From positions 4,422-68,421 of the forward strand of contig JAURPG010000021.1 of NCBI GenBank assembly GCA_030835405.1: a stretch of DNA of 64,000 nucleotides, given 5' to 3'. Numbering within the stretch: the stretch's first letter is position 1; every line of letters begins with the position of its first letter. Under the pieces are notes generated by a model. That model saw only the letters and a list, made by a program, of their open reading frames with translations, did not search any database and had not been told where the DNA came from. Below, piece by piece: positions 50,546-63,121 of this stretch. Position numbers and translations under genes: made by a program. This stretch comes from Gammaproteobacteria bacterium. Its GTDB lineage: Bacteria > Pseudomonadota > Gammaproteobacteria > Eutrophobiales > Eutrophobiaceae.

Positions 50546-51802
50546 ATGAATACACGATATTTACATCGGTTGCGGTATTTCATTGAATGGGTTATCTACT
50601 TTACCCGTTTTTTCTTCAGGCAATTCTATCACCAGCGTGGTTTACAAATAGCATCCTCATTGGCTTACGCAACGCTACTAGCACTGGTTCCACTAATCAT
50701 AGTTATGTTTGGGTTTTTGGGTGGTCTGCCTGTGTTTGAAAACGTTGGTAATACAATCCAGTCTTACGTTTTTAATAATTTTGTCCCGGCATTTGGTGAA
50801 ACGGTACTGGCGTATTTACGTACCTTTTCTCAAAAGGCATCGCAGCTGACGATAACCGGCCTGATAATGATATTTTTCATTGCAATCATGTTAATGGCCA
50901 CAATTGATAACGCATTTAATACAATCTGGCATATTCGTAACAGACGAAATCCGGTTGCCCGTTTTCTGGTCTATTGGGCAATCCTTACAATGGGACCATT
51001 GTTAGTTGGTGTGGGGATGTTCTCAACATCATATATCTTGTCATTACCTGCAATCAGTGATGTGGAATCTGGGTTTGGATTAAGAGAGAGGTTCCTGTCC
51101 TGGTTACCGTTTCTGACAACCTCAGTAGCCTTCACCATATTATATATCCTGGTGCCAAATTGCTTCGTCCTCAGAAGACATGCCATTGTTGGTGGAATAA
51201 CAGCAGCATTGTTATTCGAATTTGCCAAATATGGATTTGGAATATATGTAAGAAATATCGCAAGTTTTGAAACCATTTACGGTACCTTGGCGGTGGTTCC
51301 AATTTTTCTTATCTGGATTTATACCTCCTGGGTGGTATTGATTCTGGGTGCACACATTACGTTTTGTCTTTCGGCGTTCCGGTTTTCTTCGGAAAAACGT
51401 GGAATGAAAGATAATGAATGGTCATTTGCTGATGTGTACCAGGTTATATATCTTTTGTGGCTCGCACAAAAAGACGGTAAGACAATGTCTGCTTATGAGC
51501 TAAGACGGGGAGGAGTAAAAGCACCTCAATACCAGATAAATGAAATTTTGGGACATCTGCAAAATATGAACTGGGTACAAAATACTGGCTCTGGAAAATG
51601 GATACTGTCACGCGATATGGACGAGGTATCCGTTATGGATTTTGTGAAAATTATTCCAAAACCGTTACCGCTTGGAGTAGATAAAGAAAGTCATGGATCA
51701 AATTCTGGTGGTTTTGAGGATCTGCTGACTGAATATAATAAAAGTCTTGATAAAAATCTTGCCGTACCACTGAGCCAATTATTGCAGAAGACTCTGGGAT
51801 AA
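50546..51802 (+). CDS. yihY: YihY/BrkB inner membrane protein with a C-terminal winged-helix domain
   Basis: SLAYATLLALVP, IDNAFNTIW, YWAILT.GP, YGTLA.VPIFLIWIY. Confidence 0.88.
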   Translation: MNTRYLHRLRYFIEWVIYFTRFFFRQFYHQRGLQIASSLAYATLLALVPLIIVMFGFLGGLPVFENVGNTIQSYVFNNFVPAFGETVLAYLRTFSQKASQLTITGLIMIFFIAIMLMATIDNAFNTIWHIRNRRNPVARFLVYWAILTMGPLLVGVGMFSTSYILSLPAISDVESGFGLRERFLSWLPFLTTSVAFTILYILVPNCFVLRRHAIVGGITAALLFEFAKYGFGIYVRNIASFETIYGTLAVVPIFLIWIYTSWVVLILGAHITFCLSAFRFSSEKRGMKDNEWSFADVYQVIYLLWLAQKDGKTMSAYELRRGGVKAPQYQINEILGHLQNMNWVQNTGSGKWILSRDMDEVSVMDFVKIIPKPLPLGVDKESHGSNSGGFEDLLTEYNKSLDKNLAVPLSQLLQKTLG

Positions 51803-51834
51803 AGTAATGATCTTGTTTGAGTGAGTATTATAAT

Positions 51835-53450
51835 TTAGAGAGTAATCGTTTTATCAATTGAAAATTGTTCAAACCCAGTGGTCGATTCAAGTAAGTCTTG
51901 GGCCTTTGTCCTGATATTATTGTCGTTAATACATAATTCAATTTCCCGGTTTTTTATATACATTCCTTTACTGGTAATAATTGAATAACCACTATCAGGT
52001 TTTTTTTGTATGACTAATGCGCGTCTGAATCGCATGTCCTGACTGCTGCCACTGCATGCCCGGACGGCAGCTGCCCGGGTATTGGTTGAGATTATCTGTG
52101 GGCCTATCCGATAAAGTTTGCCATCCATAATCATTAACCATCGTACCGTGCCTATTGCCCATTTATTACTCGTTTTTTTCGTATCAATAATGATGAGGTC
52201 ACCAACTTTAACGCTATGTAATGGTTTTAAATTTCGGATAACTGCAAATCCTCGGGTACTTTGATCAACCAATTCCCATTCATCAGTTTTATAGTTGATA
52301 TTTGTCTGGGGTCATACTGATCATTATCCGGGAAATCGGGATCACCTTGTTCTGATTCAGGAAGCCTGGGAGGAATAAATTCTTCCTCGTTATTTATAAA
52401 GTAGTAAACTTCATTAATGCCGCAGGCAAGTTTAAGTCTTCCGGAGCGAGGTTTTCTGGAACTGCTTCTTTTCGGAGGACGTCCCCAGACAAGTGATAGA
52501 TGTTCGAGAAGCATTTTCGCAAAGTAAGGCGAGATCTTGACAGATTTGTCCAGTCTTCCTCCCGATTCAAGTGTCTTTAGGTGGTTCTGGATCTTTTCAT
52601 AAATACTTTCTGCTTTAATTAACCTGTGCCTATCTCCTGCCTTCTTTAAATTGAATTTTGAATAGGGGATAGGATTGTTATCGGCCCCAAGATTGACCAC
52701 AAAAAGATTAAAATCATCCTGCATTTGTGAAAACGGTGAGATTTGTACCAATTCCACTCAATCATTTAGTTGTTCATATATCTCCCAGATAGCGCCATAT
52801 GGCAGGTGATGAGGGTCCGCCAGCGAAGCCATCACGATCCGTTTATAGACACCTGAAATGGTCCTGAGGTTAATATTAGCAAATGCCTCAGGTACTGTAA
52901 TAGTAGTATTGGCCTGCTGTAAAGATTCTGCAAGGTTATAGATATAATTGATCTCTTTCCAGACGCCCCTGGGAGCCGGAGAATATTCCAGGTAGCTGAA
53001 TATCAATACATGGGAAAGATAATTCAACGAAAATAAGAAGTTTGCCAGGGGCGGTTTGGGTTGTTTCCACAGGGTTTTCCTCTTCAATGTTTCTTCAGCA
53101 GATAATCTACAGGCGCGGGCGAGATTGCTAGCTATCTTTTTTAATACTCTGATTTGTTCCCGTGCAGTTTCGATAGACTGAAGAGTGTGCTGGGCACCTG
53201 CCTTGATCTGTGAGTCAATATAATATTGATAAGGTTGACCATATAGTTCTACCAGCTCCAAGCGCGCGGCGGGTTTGATGTCTTGATCGTTGGTCAGGGC
53301 AGTAGCCTCTGCCAATAAGGTACTGGTTTTTTTAAAATCGATATATGGGAGATTATCCAGCCATTCTTCAATATACATAGGCCGGGTTTCGATCTGCAGA
53401 CCGTTTGCCGTTTTTCTTTTCGGAATATCCAGGTTATTTAATGTCGTTAC
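51835..53450 (-). pseudogene. Helical protein with C-terminal PilZ-like motifs, split into three ORFs (in-frame TGA and a 1-nt frameshift)
   Basis: QLND-TGA-VEL in frame at 52760-52758; frameshift at G4 run 52308-52311; RSSSR and DQSTRG motifs; frame open upstream to GTA at 53450. Confidence 0.7.
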
Positions 53451-53657
53451 AGATTATTATTTTTGTTATAAACAAATAACTAAGCAAATACTATTCCAGG
53501 ATTTATAATGATTAATAAACTTATGGGTAGAATAGCCATTAAGGGAGAAGAATGGGAACCAGTTCACAAAACATATTAGCTACCAATATCATTAAAACCT
53601 TTAAGACTGCGAGTAATTTCGGTATGTACTTAATATCATGCTATCAGGTAGCCAGTT

Positions 53658-53957
53658 TTGTCGCAATCTAGAGACAGTACGGAAGTTGGTTTAAAAACGG
53701 TCTATTTCAGGGTGAAAGGCCGGGTCCAGGGGGTTTTTTTTCGGGCCTCGACCAGGTCTACAGCGGAAAAAATTGGTTTATCAGGTTGGGTGAAAAACAT
53801 GCCTGATGGTGACGTGGAAGGCATGGTGACAGGTCCTGAAAAACCATTACAGGAGTTTATTGCCTGGTTACATCATGGGCCAAAATTATCATCTGTGACA
53901 GCGGTGGAAATTTCTCCCCATCAAGTTGAGCAGTTTAGCGGCTTTGAGATCCGCTAA
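53658..53957 (+). CDS. acyP: Acylphosphatase
   Basis: [20 protein letters not shown]. Confidence 0.93.
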   Translation: MSQSRDSTEVGLKTVYFRVKGRVQGVFFRASTRSTAEKIGLSGWVKNMPDGDVEGMVTGPEKPLQEFIAWLHHGPKLSSVTAVEISPHQVEQFSGFEIR

Positions 53958-55666
53958 TCCGGGTCATTTCTGTCCCTGATAAATGCCAGAATGTCATCTC
54001 TTGGGAGATCTCTGGATTCGGCATCGCTTCGACCTTTATATTCAACAGTGCCAGCATCCAGCGCCTTATCGCTTAAAACAATTCGGTGAGGGATACCCAA
54101 TAGCTCCATGTCAGCAAACATGACACCAGGACGTTCCTTTCTGTTGTCAAGTAGCACATCAAACCCTGCCGCTTTAGCCTGTTGATAGAGTTCCATAACC
54201 GAATCATATAAGCGTTTAGATTTGTGCATGTTAATTGGCACAATGGCAAGGTCGTACGGCGCAATGGATTTTGGCCAGACTATCCCACGGTCATCATGAT
54301 TTTGTTCGATTGCTGCTGCAACAATTCTGCTGATACCAATTCCGTAACAGCCCATGATTAAGGTAATGGATTTACCATTTTCATCTAGGCAGGATACTTT
54401 CATCGATTCGCTGTACTTGGTTCCCAGTTGAAAAATATGTCCAACTTCAATTCCCCTGGCAATCTTGACTGGACCATTATCTCCAGGGGAAGGTTCGCCC
54501 TGCGAAATATTTCTCAAATCTACAAAATCAGGTTCGGGTAAGTCTCTGCCCCAGTTTACACCTTTATAGTGGAAACCGTTTTCATTCGCACCGCAAATAA
54601 AGTCGGACATTACCGATGTACTGTAATCTGCATAAACAGGAATGTTTAGTTTAACCGGTCCAATAGATCCGACATCACATTTTAATTCTTTTGAGATTAT
54701 TTCTGCTGAGGCAAATTTCAAAGGTGATCGAACTTTATCCAGGCGTTCGGCCTTAACCCGGTTTAATTCGTGATCACCTCGTAAGACTATGCCGACAAGT
54801 GAATCTTTCTCTCCATGGACAATTAGGGTCTTTAGGGTTTTGTCCTCGGAAACACTAAAAAAGGTGCTTACCTCTGAGATACTATGCTTACCCGGGGTGG
54901 AAACCTTTTCTATGGAGGCTTCAGGCGAAGGCCTTTGTGCTGAAGGCATTTGTGTTGCTACCATTTCCATATTTGCCGCAAAGTTTCCATTGTTAGTAAA
55001 GACAATCTGGTCTTCCCCAGATTCCGCCAGCACATGGAATTCATGCGAAGTATCACCGCCAATATTGCCACTGTCTGCAACGACTGCCCGGTACTCCAGA
55101 CCTAAACGATCAAAAATTTTTTCATAGGTTTGGTACATAACTTCATATGTTTCCTGTAGTGACTTCTCATCCAGATGAAATGAGTAGGCATCTTTCATAA
55201 TAAACTCTCTGGATCGCATTACCCCGAATCTGGGTCTAATTTCATCCCTGAATTTGGTTTGTATCTGGTAAAAAATTGCAGGTAACTGTTTGTAACTTCT
55301 GATTTCACTACGTACCAGGTCTGTTATAACTTCTTCGTGGGTTGGTCCAAGACAGAAGCCCCTGTCGTGCCGATCTGAAAACCGGAGTAATTCAGGACCA
55401 AACTGGTCCCATCTACCGGTTTCCTCCCAGAGTTCAGCTGGCTGGACCCCAGGCATAAGTATTTCCTGTGCCTTTGCGGCATCCATTTCTTCCCGGACAA
55501 TCTGCTCTATATTCCTCAATACCTTTAATCCGGTTGGTAGCCAGGTATAGACACCCGAGGCAAGTTGACGGATGAGTCCGGCACGTAGCATTAACTGGTG
55601 GCTCACTGTCTCTGCATCTGCCGGTATCTGACGTTGGGTAGCTAATAGTCGCTGTGCTGTCTCCAT
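53954..55666 (-). CDS. proS: Proline--tRNA ligase
   Basis: [51 protein letters not shown]. Confidence 0.97.
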   Translation of the reverse strand: METAQRLLATQRQIPADAETVSHQLMLRAGLIRQLASGVYTWLPTGLKVLRNIEQIVREEMDAAKAQEILMPGVQPAELWEETGRWDQFGPELLRFSDRHDRGFCLGPTHEEVITDLVRSEIRSYKQLPAIFYQIQTKFRDEIRPRFGVMRSREFIMKDAYSFHLDEKSLQETYEVMYQTYEKIFDRLGLEYRAVVADSGNIGGDTSHEFHVLAESGEDQIVFTNNGNFAANMEMVATQMPSAQRPSPEASIEKVSTPGKHSISEVSTFFSVSEDKTLKTLIVHGEKDSLVGIVLRGDHELNRVKAERLDKVRSPLKFASAEIISKELKCDVGSIGPVKLNIPVYADYSTSVMSDFICGANENGFHYKGVNWGRDLPEPDFVDLRNISQGEPSPGDNGPVKIARGIEVGHIFQLGTKYSESMKVSCLDENGKSITLIMGCYGIGISRIVAAAIEQNHDDRGIVWPKSIAPYDLAIVPINMHKSKRLYDSVMELYQQAKAAGFDVLLDNRKERPGVMFADMELLGIPHRIVLSDKALDAGTVEYKGRSDAESRDLPRDDILAFIRDRNDPD

Positions 55667-55851
55667 TTTCTCACTCTTTGGTTAAATCCATGGCCGCGTA
55701 TGTTATCTCACAGGGCCATCAGGGTGAAATTAAATACCCAACCCATGTATTGGCGGAATTTATGAAAATTTGTGCAAAGCACAACTTGACCTCTGTGAGG
55801 AAAATCAGTAGTTTATCAGGATTTATCATACAGGAATATTTGAGGGAAAAA

Positions 55852-57579
55852 TTGACTGAATCTACTGAAAAATTACGCGGTGCCGACATCTTTGTCAGAT
55901 CACTGATAGATGAAGGCGTCAATCACCTTTTTGGTTATCCGGGTGGGGCTGTATTGCATATATATGATGCCCTTTACCGGCAAACCGAGATTGACCATAT
56001 ACTGGTCCGCCATGAGCAGGGTGCTACCCACGCGGCGGACGGTTATGCACGTGCAACCGGTAAGCCCGGAGTGGTATTGGTTACCTCCGGCCCCGGTGTC
56101 ACCAATGCCATTACAGGTATTGCCACTGCATATATGGATTCCATTCCCATGGTGGTATTTTCCGGTCAGGTGCCGCGCAACATGATTGGCAATGACGCCT
56201 TTCAGGAAGTCGATGCCATTGGTATTTCAAGACCATGTGTTAAACATAATTTTCTGGTAAAAGACGTTAAAGATCTGGCCAGTATTATCAAGAAGGCATT
56301 TTATGTGGCCAAGAGTGGCCGTCCAGGTCCCGTACTGGTGGATATACCCAAGGATGTAACTGCGGATTTATGTGAGTACAGTTACCCGCAGGATATTGAA
56401 ATGCGTTCATATCGCCCGGTTACCAAGGGTCATCCGGGGCAGATTAAACGTGCGATCAAGTTACTGGCTTCGGCGAAAAAACCCATGATTTATACAGGTG
56501 GCGGGGTCATCCTAGGCGAAGCCCACGAAGAACTTACCAATATGACACAGAAACTGGGATACCCCATCACCAACACCCTGATGGGCTTGGGGGCCTATCC
56601 TGCATCTGACGGCCAGTTTCTGGGTATGCTGGGTATGCACGGGACCTATGAAGCCAATATGGCCATGCATCATTGTGATGTTCTATTTGCCATTGGTGCA
56701 CGTTTTGATGACAGGGTTACAGGTGACCTGGAGCAGTTCTGCCCTAATGCCAGGATCATTCAGATTGATGTGGACCCGGCATCCATCTCCAAGAATGTAC
56801 CAGTGGACATTCCTATCGTAGGTGATGTTAAGAGTGTTTTGACTGACATTAACAAGCTTCTGGATTCACAAGTTCATAAGATTGATAAGGATGCGATTTC
56901 TCAGTGGTGGGAGCAAATAAAAGAATGGCAAAAAATGGACTGTTTACGCTTTGATAGGAAGACTGAAAAAATCAAGCCGCAGTATGTGATTGAAACACTG
57001 CATGAGTTAACTAATGGAGACGCTTATGTTACATCTGATGTTGGACAACATCAGATGTGGGCTGCGCAGTTTTATAATTTCAATAAACCCAGACGCTGGA
57101 TTAATTCAGGAGGTCTGGGAACAATGGGATTTGGATTGCCTGCCGCAATGGGCGTCAAAGTCGCGTTTCCGGATGAAACTGTCGCCTGTATAAGTGGAGA
57201 AGCCAGCCTGGTGATGTGTATTCAGGAACTGTCTACCTGTCTTCAGTATCATTTGCCGATAAAGATCATCCTGTTAAATAATCGATATATGGGAATGGTT
57301 CGCCAATGGCAGGAATTCTTTTATGATAAAAGATATTCACATTCGTATATGGATGCATTGCCGGATTTTATTAAACTGGCCGAAAGCTTTGGCCACGTCG
57401 GGCTAAGGGTTGAAAAAACAAGTGATGTAAAAGATGTTCTCAAGCAAGGTCTCGCCATGAAAGACAAATTGGTATTAATGGATTTTATTACCGACCAAAC
57501 AGAGAATGTTTACCCTATGATAGCAGCCGGGAAAGGGCAACATGAAATGCACCTTACTCCAGAGCGGGAATTGGCCTGA
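55852..57579 (+). CDS. ilvI: Acetolactate synthase large subunit
   Basis: FGYPGGAVL, RHEQGA, TSGPG, DVGQHQMW, SGGLGTMG; likely TTG start at 55852 after a GAGG RBS. Confidence 0.93.
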   Translation: MTESTEKLRGADIFVRSLIDEGVNHLFGYPGGAVLHIYDALYRQTEIDHILVRHEQGATHAADGYARATGKPGVVLVTSGPGVTNAITGIATAYMDSIPMVVFSGQVPRNMIGNDAFQEVDAIGISRPCVKHNFLVKDVKDLASIIKKAFYVAKSGRPGPVLVDIPKDVTADLCEYSYPQDIEMRSYRPVTKGHPGQIKRAIKLLASAKKPMIYTGGGVILGEAHEELTNMTQKLGYPITNTLMGLGAYPASDGQFLGMLGMHGTYEANMAMHHCDVLFAIGARFDDRVTGDLEQFCPNARIIQIDVDPASISKNVPVDIPIVGDVKSVLTDINKLLDSQVHKIDKDAISQWWEQIKEWQKMDCLRFDRKTEKIKPQYVIETLHELTNGDAYVTSDVGQHQMWAAQFYNFNKPRRWINSGGLGTMGFGLPAAMGVKVAFPDETVACISGEASLVMCIQELSTCLQYHLPIKIILLNNRYMGMVRQWQEFFYDKRYSHSYMDALPDFIKLAESFGHVGLRVEKTSDVKDVLKQGLAMKDKLVLMDFITDQTENVYPMIAAGKGQHEMHLTPERELA

Positions 57580-57585
57580 TTTAAT

Positions 57586-58077
57586 ATGCGACATATTCTA
57601 TCTTTGCTCGTTGAAAACGAAGCTGGCGCTTTGTCTAGAATTTCAGGTTTATTTTCTGCCCGTGCATTTAATATCGAATCATTAACGGTGGCACCGACTG
57701 AAGATGAATCTCTTTCCCGTATGACCATAGTGACAACCGGATCTGAGCAGATAATTGAACAGATTACCAAGCAGGTAAACAAGCTGGTTGACGTGATCAA
57801 GGTAGTGGACTTAAATGAAAGGGCATATATTGAAAGGGAATTGTTATTGATCAAACTGGATGCCGATAAAGTCGAAAATAAAAAACTGGAGTCTATAGTT
57901 AGTGAGTACAAGGGTTCAATTATCGATGAGAGTGAAAATACGTTTATGGTAGAAATAATCAATACCGGCGAGGTCCTGGACAATGTTATCGAAAATTTTG
58001 ATCAGTCCTGGATACTAGAAGTTGTTAGATCAGGGGTATCTGGTATTGCCCTTGGTGCCAGTGTTATAAATAAATAA
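57586..58077 (+). CDS. ilvH: Acetolactate synthase small subunit
   Basis: ENEAGALSRISGLFSARAFNIESL ACT domain. Confidence 0.95.
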   Translation: MRHILSLLVENEAGALSRISGLFSARAFNIESLTVAPTEDESLSRMTIVTTGSEQIIEQITKQVNKLVDVIKVVDLNERAYIERELLLIKLDADKVENKKLESIVSEYKGSIIDESENTFMVEIINTGEVLDNVIENFDQSWILEVVRSGVSGIALGASVINK

Positions 58078-58081
58078 TTAA

Positions 58082-59116
<1,035 letters not shown>

Positions 59117-59173
59117 ATATATTTCTGTCTATTCACAGGTGTTTGTATACCGTTGGAGTTTTACAGGTATTAA

Positions 59174-59821
59174 ATGATTGTAGCCCGAGAAATTAGGTTG
59201 CCTCTGATAGTCCTGGTTATTATCGCCATCACAATCAAGGTCTACATGGGGTGGATACCAGCAATATTGATTGCCGGTCTGATTATCGTTCTTGCTTATT
59301 TGTTTAGGGATCCTGTTCGTTGCATTCCCTCAGCACCACTGGCAATTATCAGTCCTGCCAGTGGGCGTATTATTGGAGTAGAGAAAACTAGTGATTCCTA
59401 TCTTGACAGGCAGGCGATCAGGATCAGGATTAGCATGTCATTTCTTGATATGCATATATTACGCAGCCCTATTGAAGGCAAAGTCAGAAATCAGTGGGCA
59501 GAATCCAGTCCTGATAAAGATGTTAAAAAACGTTATACCTACTGGATACAGACTGATGAAGGAGATGATATTGTTTATTCCATTGGCACCTCAAACTTCT
59601 CGCCTTTTTTAGGAATAAATTTGCGTTGTGGTGAACGAACCGGTCAGGGCCAGAAATCAGGCTATCTGTATTTTTCCGGTATTGTGGATGTGTATATGCC
59701 AGAATCTTCCCGGGTACTTGTGAGTAATGATGACAACATCGATGCAGGCACAGGCATACTTGCAATGATTATCCATAAGAGCGGCGCCCAATTGACAAGT
59801 ACCCAGGTACCTGCCACCTAA
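59174..59821 (+). CDS. Phosphatidylserine decarboxylase-like protein (cleavage motif degenerate)
   Basis: FRDP.R, SPA.G, H..RSPI.G; between ilvC and pssA; has YFSGIVDVY where FGSRVD is expected. Confidence 0.75.
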   Translation: MIVAREIRLPLIVLVIIAITIKVYMGWIPAILIAGLIIVLAYLFRDPVRCIPSAPLAIISPASGRIIGVEKTSDSYLDRQAIRIRISMSFLDMHILRSPIEGKVRNQWAESSPDKDVKKRYTYWIQTDEGDDIVYSIGTSNFSPFLGINLRCGERTGQGQKSGYLYFSGIVDVYMPESSRVLVSNDDNIDAGTGILAMIIHKSGAQLTSTQVPAT

Positions 59822-59930
59822 ACTTTCTCAGATCATACTAATCCATAAAATTCCCGGAAAATAGTGGGATATTGATCTGGTTTTTAAGTAAACCCATTTA
59901 TTGAATCCCCAAGCTGTGGTATATCAGGTT

Positions 59931-60686
59931 ATGGTAAATCGTCGACCAGGAATATATTTATTACCAAACCTGTTTACAACCTCCGCGTTGTTTGCGGGGT
60001 TTTACTCTATTATTGCTGCAATTAACGATCGTTTTGAAGCCGCCGCTATCGCTGTTTTTGTGGCAATGATCATGGATGGTATGGACGGTAGAATTGCAAG
60101 ACTAACCAATACCCAATCAGATTTTGGTACTCAGTATGACAGTCTCTCAGATTTAATCTCCTTCGGCTTGGCACCTGCGCTGGTAATTTATCAATGGTCG
60201 CTTTTTAACCTGGGGAAAGTAGGATGGTCTGCTGCCTTTATATACACGGCTGCTGCTGCATTGAGATTAGCGCGGTTCAATACCCAGGTGACGAATGAAG
60301 ATAAACGTTATTTTCAGGGGCTGGCCAGTCCAGCAGCTGCGGCTTTAATTGCCGGGATAGTTTGGCTGGGTGAAAGTATTGGGATCCCTGATGAAAAAGC
60401 GAACCTGTTGATTACATTGCCTGTCACGGTGATTAGCGGGATACTAATGGTCAGTAACATCCGCTACCATAGTTTTAAGCAGATTGATCTTAAAGGTAAG
60501 GTTCCCTTCGTTTCCATACTGGTTGTTGTAATGGTGTTTTTTTTATTCTCCAGTAATCCACCGTTAATTTTGACCTCTGTGGCTTTTTGTTATGCCTGTT
60601 CCGGCCCGGTATTTACCCTGATTATGATCAGAAGACACCGGTACATGAGACGACAGTCTGATAGTGAAGTTGACCCTGAAAATTAA
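59931..60686 (+). CDS. pssA: CDP-diacylglycerol--serine O-phosphatidyltransferase
   Basis: LPNLFT, DGMDGRIAR, DSLSD.ISFG.AP, LRLARFN. Confidence 0.93.
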   Translation: MVNRRPGIYLLPNLFTTSALFAGFYSIIAAINDRFEAAAIAVFVAMIMDGMDGRIARLTNTQSDFGTQYDSLSDLISFGLAPALVIYQWSLFNLGKVGWSAAFIYTAAAALRLARFNTQVTNEDKRYFQGLASPAAAALIAGIVWLGESIGIPDEKANLLITLPVTVISGILMVSNIRYHSFKQIDLKGKVPFVSILVVVMVFFLFSSNPPLILTSVAFCYACSGPVFTLIMIRRHRYMRRQSDSEVDPEN

Positions 60687-60725
60687 TACTTGGCAAACTG
60701 AAAATTGACAGCTATAGTATTTTTT

Positions 60726-60822
60726 ATGAAAACTTTGTTCGTTCAAAACATGCTTGTCCCGTCGTCATTCCCATCCCTGGGTAATGACCGTCTGCTCCTG
60801 CCCTGCTAGGGCAGATACTTTC
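60726..60822 (+). promoter_or_regulatory. Putative leuA leader peptide / attenuator
   Basis: uORF 60726-60809 MKTLFVQNMLVPSSFPSLGNDRLLLPC* with CTG CTC CTG; hairpins GTCATTCCCA/TGGGTAATGAC and CTGCCCT/AGGGCAG; TTGACA at 60705. Confidence 0.6.
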
Positions 60823-60908
60823 TTATATAACTGATTTTTACCATTTGTTTAAAATATATGTCGCTTTAAGGCATATACGGTATATTTAGTGCTAAATGGA
60901 GTATTTCA

Positions 60909-62444
60909 ATGAACGATAAATTGATCATATTTGATACCACTTTGCGTGACGGTGAACAGAGTCCCGGCGCGACAATGAATAAAGATGAAAAAGTTATGAT
61001 CGCCAGGGCACTGGAAAAAATGCGTGTGGATATTATTGAAGCCGGATTTCCTATTGCCAGTCCTGGAGATTTTGAAGCAGTAAAAGCTGTTGCGCAAACG
61101 ATAACTGAAAGTGTGGTTTGTGGTCTGGCACGTACCAGTGATGCGGATATTGATTCCGCCGGGGAGGCACTAAAACCGGCAGCTCAGGCAAGAATACACA
61201 CATTTATTGCTACCTCACCAATTCATATGCAACATAAATTACGTATGACATCAGATGAAGTCGTATCCACGGCTGTTAAGGCAGTGAAACGGGCGAGTAA
61301 GTATACGGACAATATTGAGTTTTCTCCCGAAGATGCGGGACGATCAGAAATTGACTTTCTTTGTAAAGTAATTGAGTCAGTTATTGATGCCGGGGCTAAA
61401 ACAATCAATGTACCTGATACCGTTGGCTACAGTATGCCTCATCAGTTTGGAGAAACTATTAAGCAGTTAATAGAAAGGATTCCGAACTCTGACAAGGCGG
61501 TGTTCTCAGTACATTGCCATAATGACCTTGGTCTGGCTGTGTCCAATTCACTCGCTGCTGTGCTCAATGGTGCCAGGCAAGTTGAGTGCACCATTAATGG
61601 CCTTGGTGAACGTGCAGGTAATGCCGCACTGGAAGAAATTGTTATGGCGGTCCGGACCCGAAAAGATGTGTTTGAGTGCGATACAGGCATTGATACCACA
61701 GAAATCGTTAATTGTTCCAGATTGGTTTCCAATATTACCGGTTTTTCGGTGCAACCGAATAAGGCTATTGTAGGAGCGAATGCCTTTGCTCATGAGTCAG
61801 GTATTCATCAAGATGGTGTGATCAAGAGCAGGGAAACCTATGAAATCATGAAGGCAGAGGACGTGGGCTGGAACACCAATCGATTGGTGCTGGGCAAGCA
61901 CTCGGGTAGAAATGCGTTCAAGACCAGACTAAAAGAACTGGGTTTTGAATTCCATAGTGAAGAGGAATTGAATGAAAGCTTTAAAAATTTCAAAGATCTT
62001 GCAGATAAGAAGCATGAAATTTTCGACGAAGACCTTCAGGCCCTTGTCACAGACAGCCTGCATGATACTTCATATGAAAGAATCAAATTTATTTCTTTGA
62101 AGGTAAACACCGAGACGGGTGAGGTGCCAGCGGCTGAGATTACACTGTCAGTTGACGGAAATGAAATAAATAAACAATCAACAGGAGATGGTCCGGTTGA
62201 TGCTGTTTTTAAAGCAATTGAATCTGCTCTGGATAGTGGTTGTGAATTGTTGCTATATTCCGTCAATAGTATCACTGGTGGGACGGACTCTCAGGGTGAA
62301 GTGACGGTTAGAATGAGTAAAAATGGACGTATGGTAAATGGCAGGGGTGCAGATACGGATATTATCGCTGCATCTGCAAAGGCCTATATCAATGGATTAA
62401 ACCGGGTTATGGGGGTTGATGTAAGAGAACATCCACAGTTATGA
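60909..62444 (+). CDS. leuA: 2-isopropylmalate synthase
   Basis: [40 protein letters not shown]. Confidence 0.97.
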   Translation: MNDKLIIFDTTLRDGEQSPGATMNKDEKVMIARALEKMRVDIIEAGFPIASPGDFEAVKAVAQTITESVVCGLARTSDADIDSAGEALKPAAQARIHTFIATSPIHMQHKLRMTSDEVVSTAVKAVKRASKYTDNIEFSPEDAGRSEIDFLCKVIESVIDAGAKTINVPDTVGYSMPHQFGETIKQLIERIPNSDKAVFSVHCHNDLGLAVSNSLAAVLNGARQVECTINGLGERAGNAALEEIVMAVRTRKDVFECDTGIDTTEIVNCSRLVSNITGFSVQPNKAIVGANAFAHESGIHQDGVIKSRETYEIMKAEDVGWNTNRLVLGKHSGRNAFKTRLKELGFEFHSEEELNESFKNFKDLADKKHEIFDEDLQALVTDSLHDTSYERIKFISLKVNTETGEVPAAEITLSVDGNEINKQSTGDGPVDAVFKAIESALDSGCELLLYSVNSITGGTDSQGEVTVRMSKNGRMVNGRGADTDIIAASAKAYINGLNRVMGVDVREHPQL

Positions 62445-63121
62445 ATCTGGATTTACGGCACAAAGAGTATCTCAGGTTAATGGGTATTGATGTTTGGTTA
62501 TCCAAGGATTCAGATAGCCCGGTTAGTCCACATATAGAAGATGTTAGTCATGCGGGACAGACAGGTTCACTGGACGAGTTACGAAAAAAAGTATCTGTAT
62601 GTGCTAATTGTAGATTGCATGCTGGACGGACCCAAACAGTATTTGGGACTGGCTCTTATGATGCAGATTGGATGTTAATAGGTGAAGCCCCTGGTACGGA
62701 AGAAGACAAGCAGGGTAAGCCTTTTGTTGGCAGGGCTGGGAAATTGCTTACTGCCATGCTGTCGTCAATCGAGTTGAAAAGGGAAGAAGTATTTATTGCC
62801 AATATTCTAAAGTGCAGGCCTCCAAATAATCGCGATCCTTCGGCAGATGAGGTGGCGGCTTGTGAAGAATATCTAAATACACAGATTAGACTCATCAAGC
62901 CTAAGTTGATCATTGCGTTGGGGCGTATTGCCGCCCAGAATTTATTAAAATCAGAGGTGCCGATTGGTAAAATGAGGGGTAAGCTTTATCATTATGGTGA
63001 AGAGGATATCCCCGTTGTCGTAACTTATCATCCAGCATATCTGTTACGTTCTCCAAAAGAAAAACGGAAGTCATGGCAGGATTTACAGTTGGCTGTTAGT
63101 GAATTTAAGAAAAATATATAA
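62441..63121 (+). CDS. Family-4 (Fe-S) uracil-DNA glycosylase with an N-terminal YL..MGI..W peptide
   Basis: [39 protein letters not shown]. Confidence 0.92.
   Translation: MNLDLRHKEYLRLMGIDVWLSKDSDSPVSPHIEDVSHAGQTGSLDELRKKVSVCANCRLHAGRTQTVFGTGSYDADWMLIGEAPGTEEDKQGKPFVGRAGKLLTAMLSSIELKREEVFIANILKCRPPNNRDPSADEVAACEEYLNTQIRLIKPKLIIALGRIAAQNLLKSEVPIGKMRGKLYHYGEEDIPVVVTYHPAYLLRSPKEKRKSWQDLQLAVSEFKKNI

Noticed and set aside
55654-55851. 66-aa N-terminal extension of the ilvI ORF
   Set aside because: It overlaps the divergent proS start and promoter region; RBS and homology point to TTG at 55852
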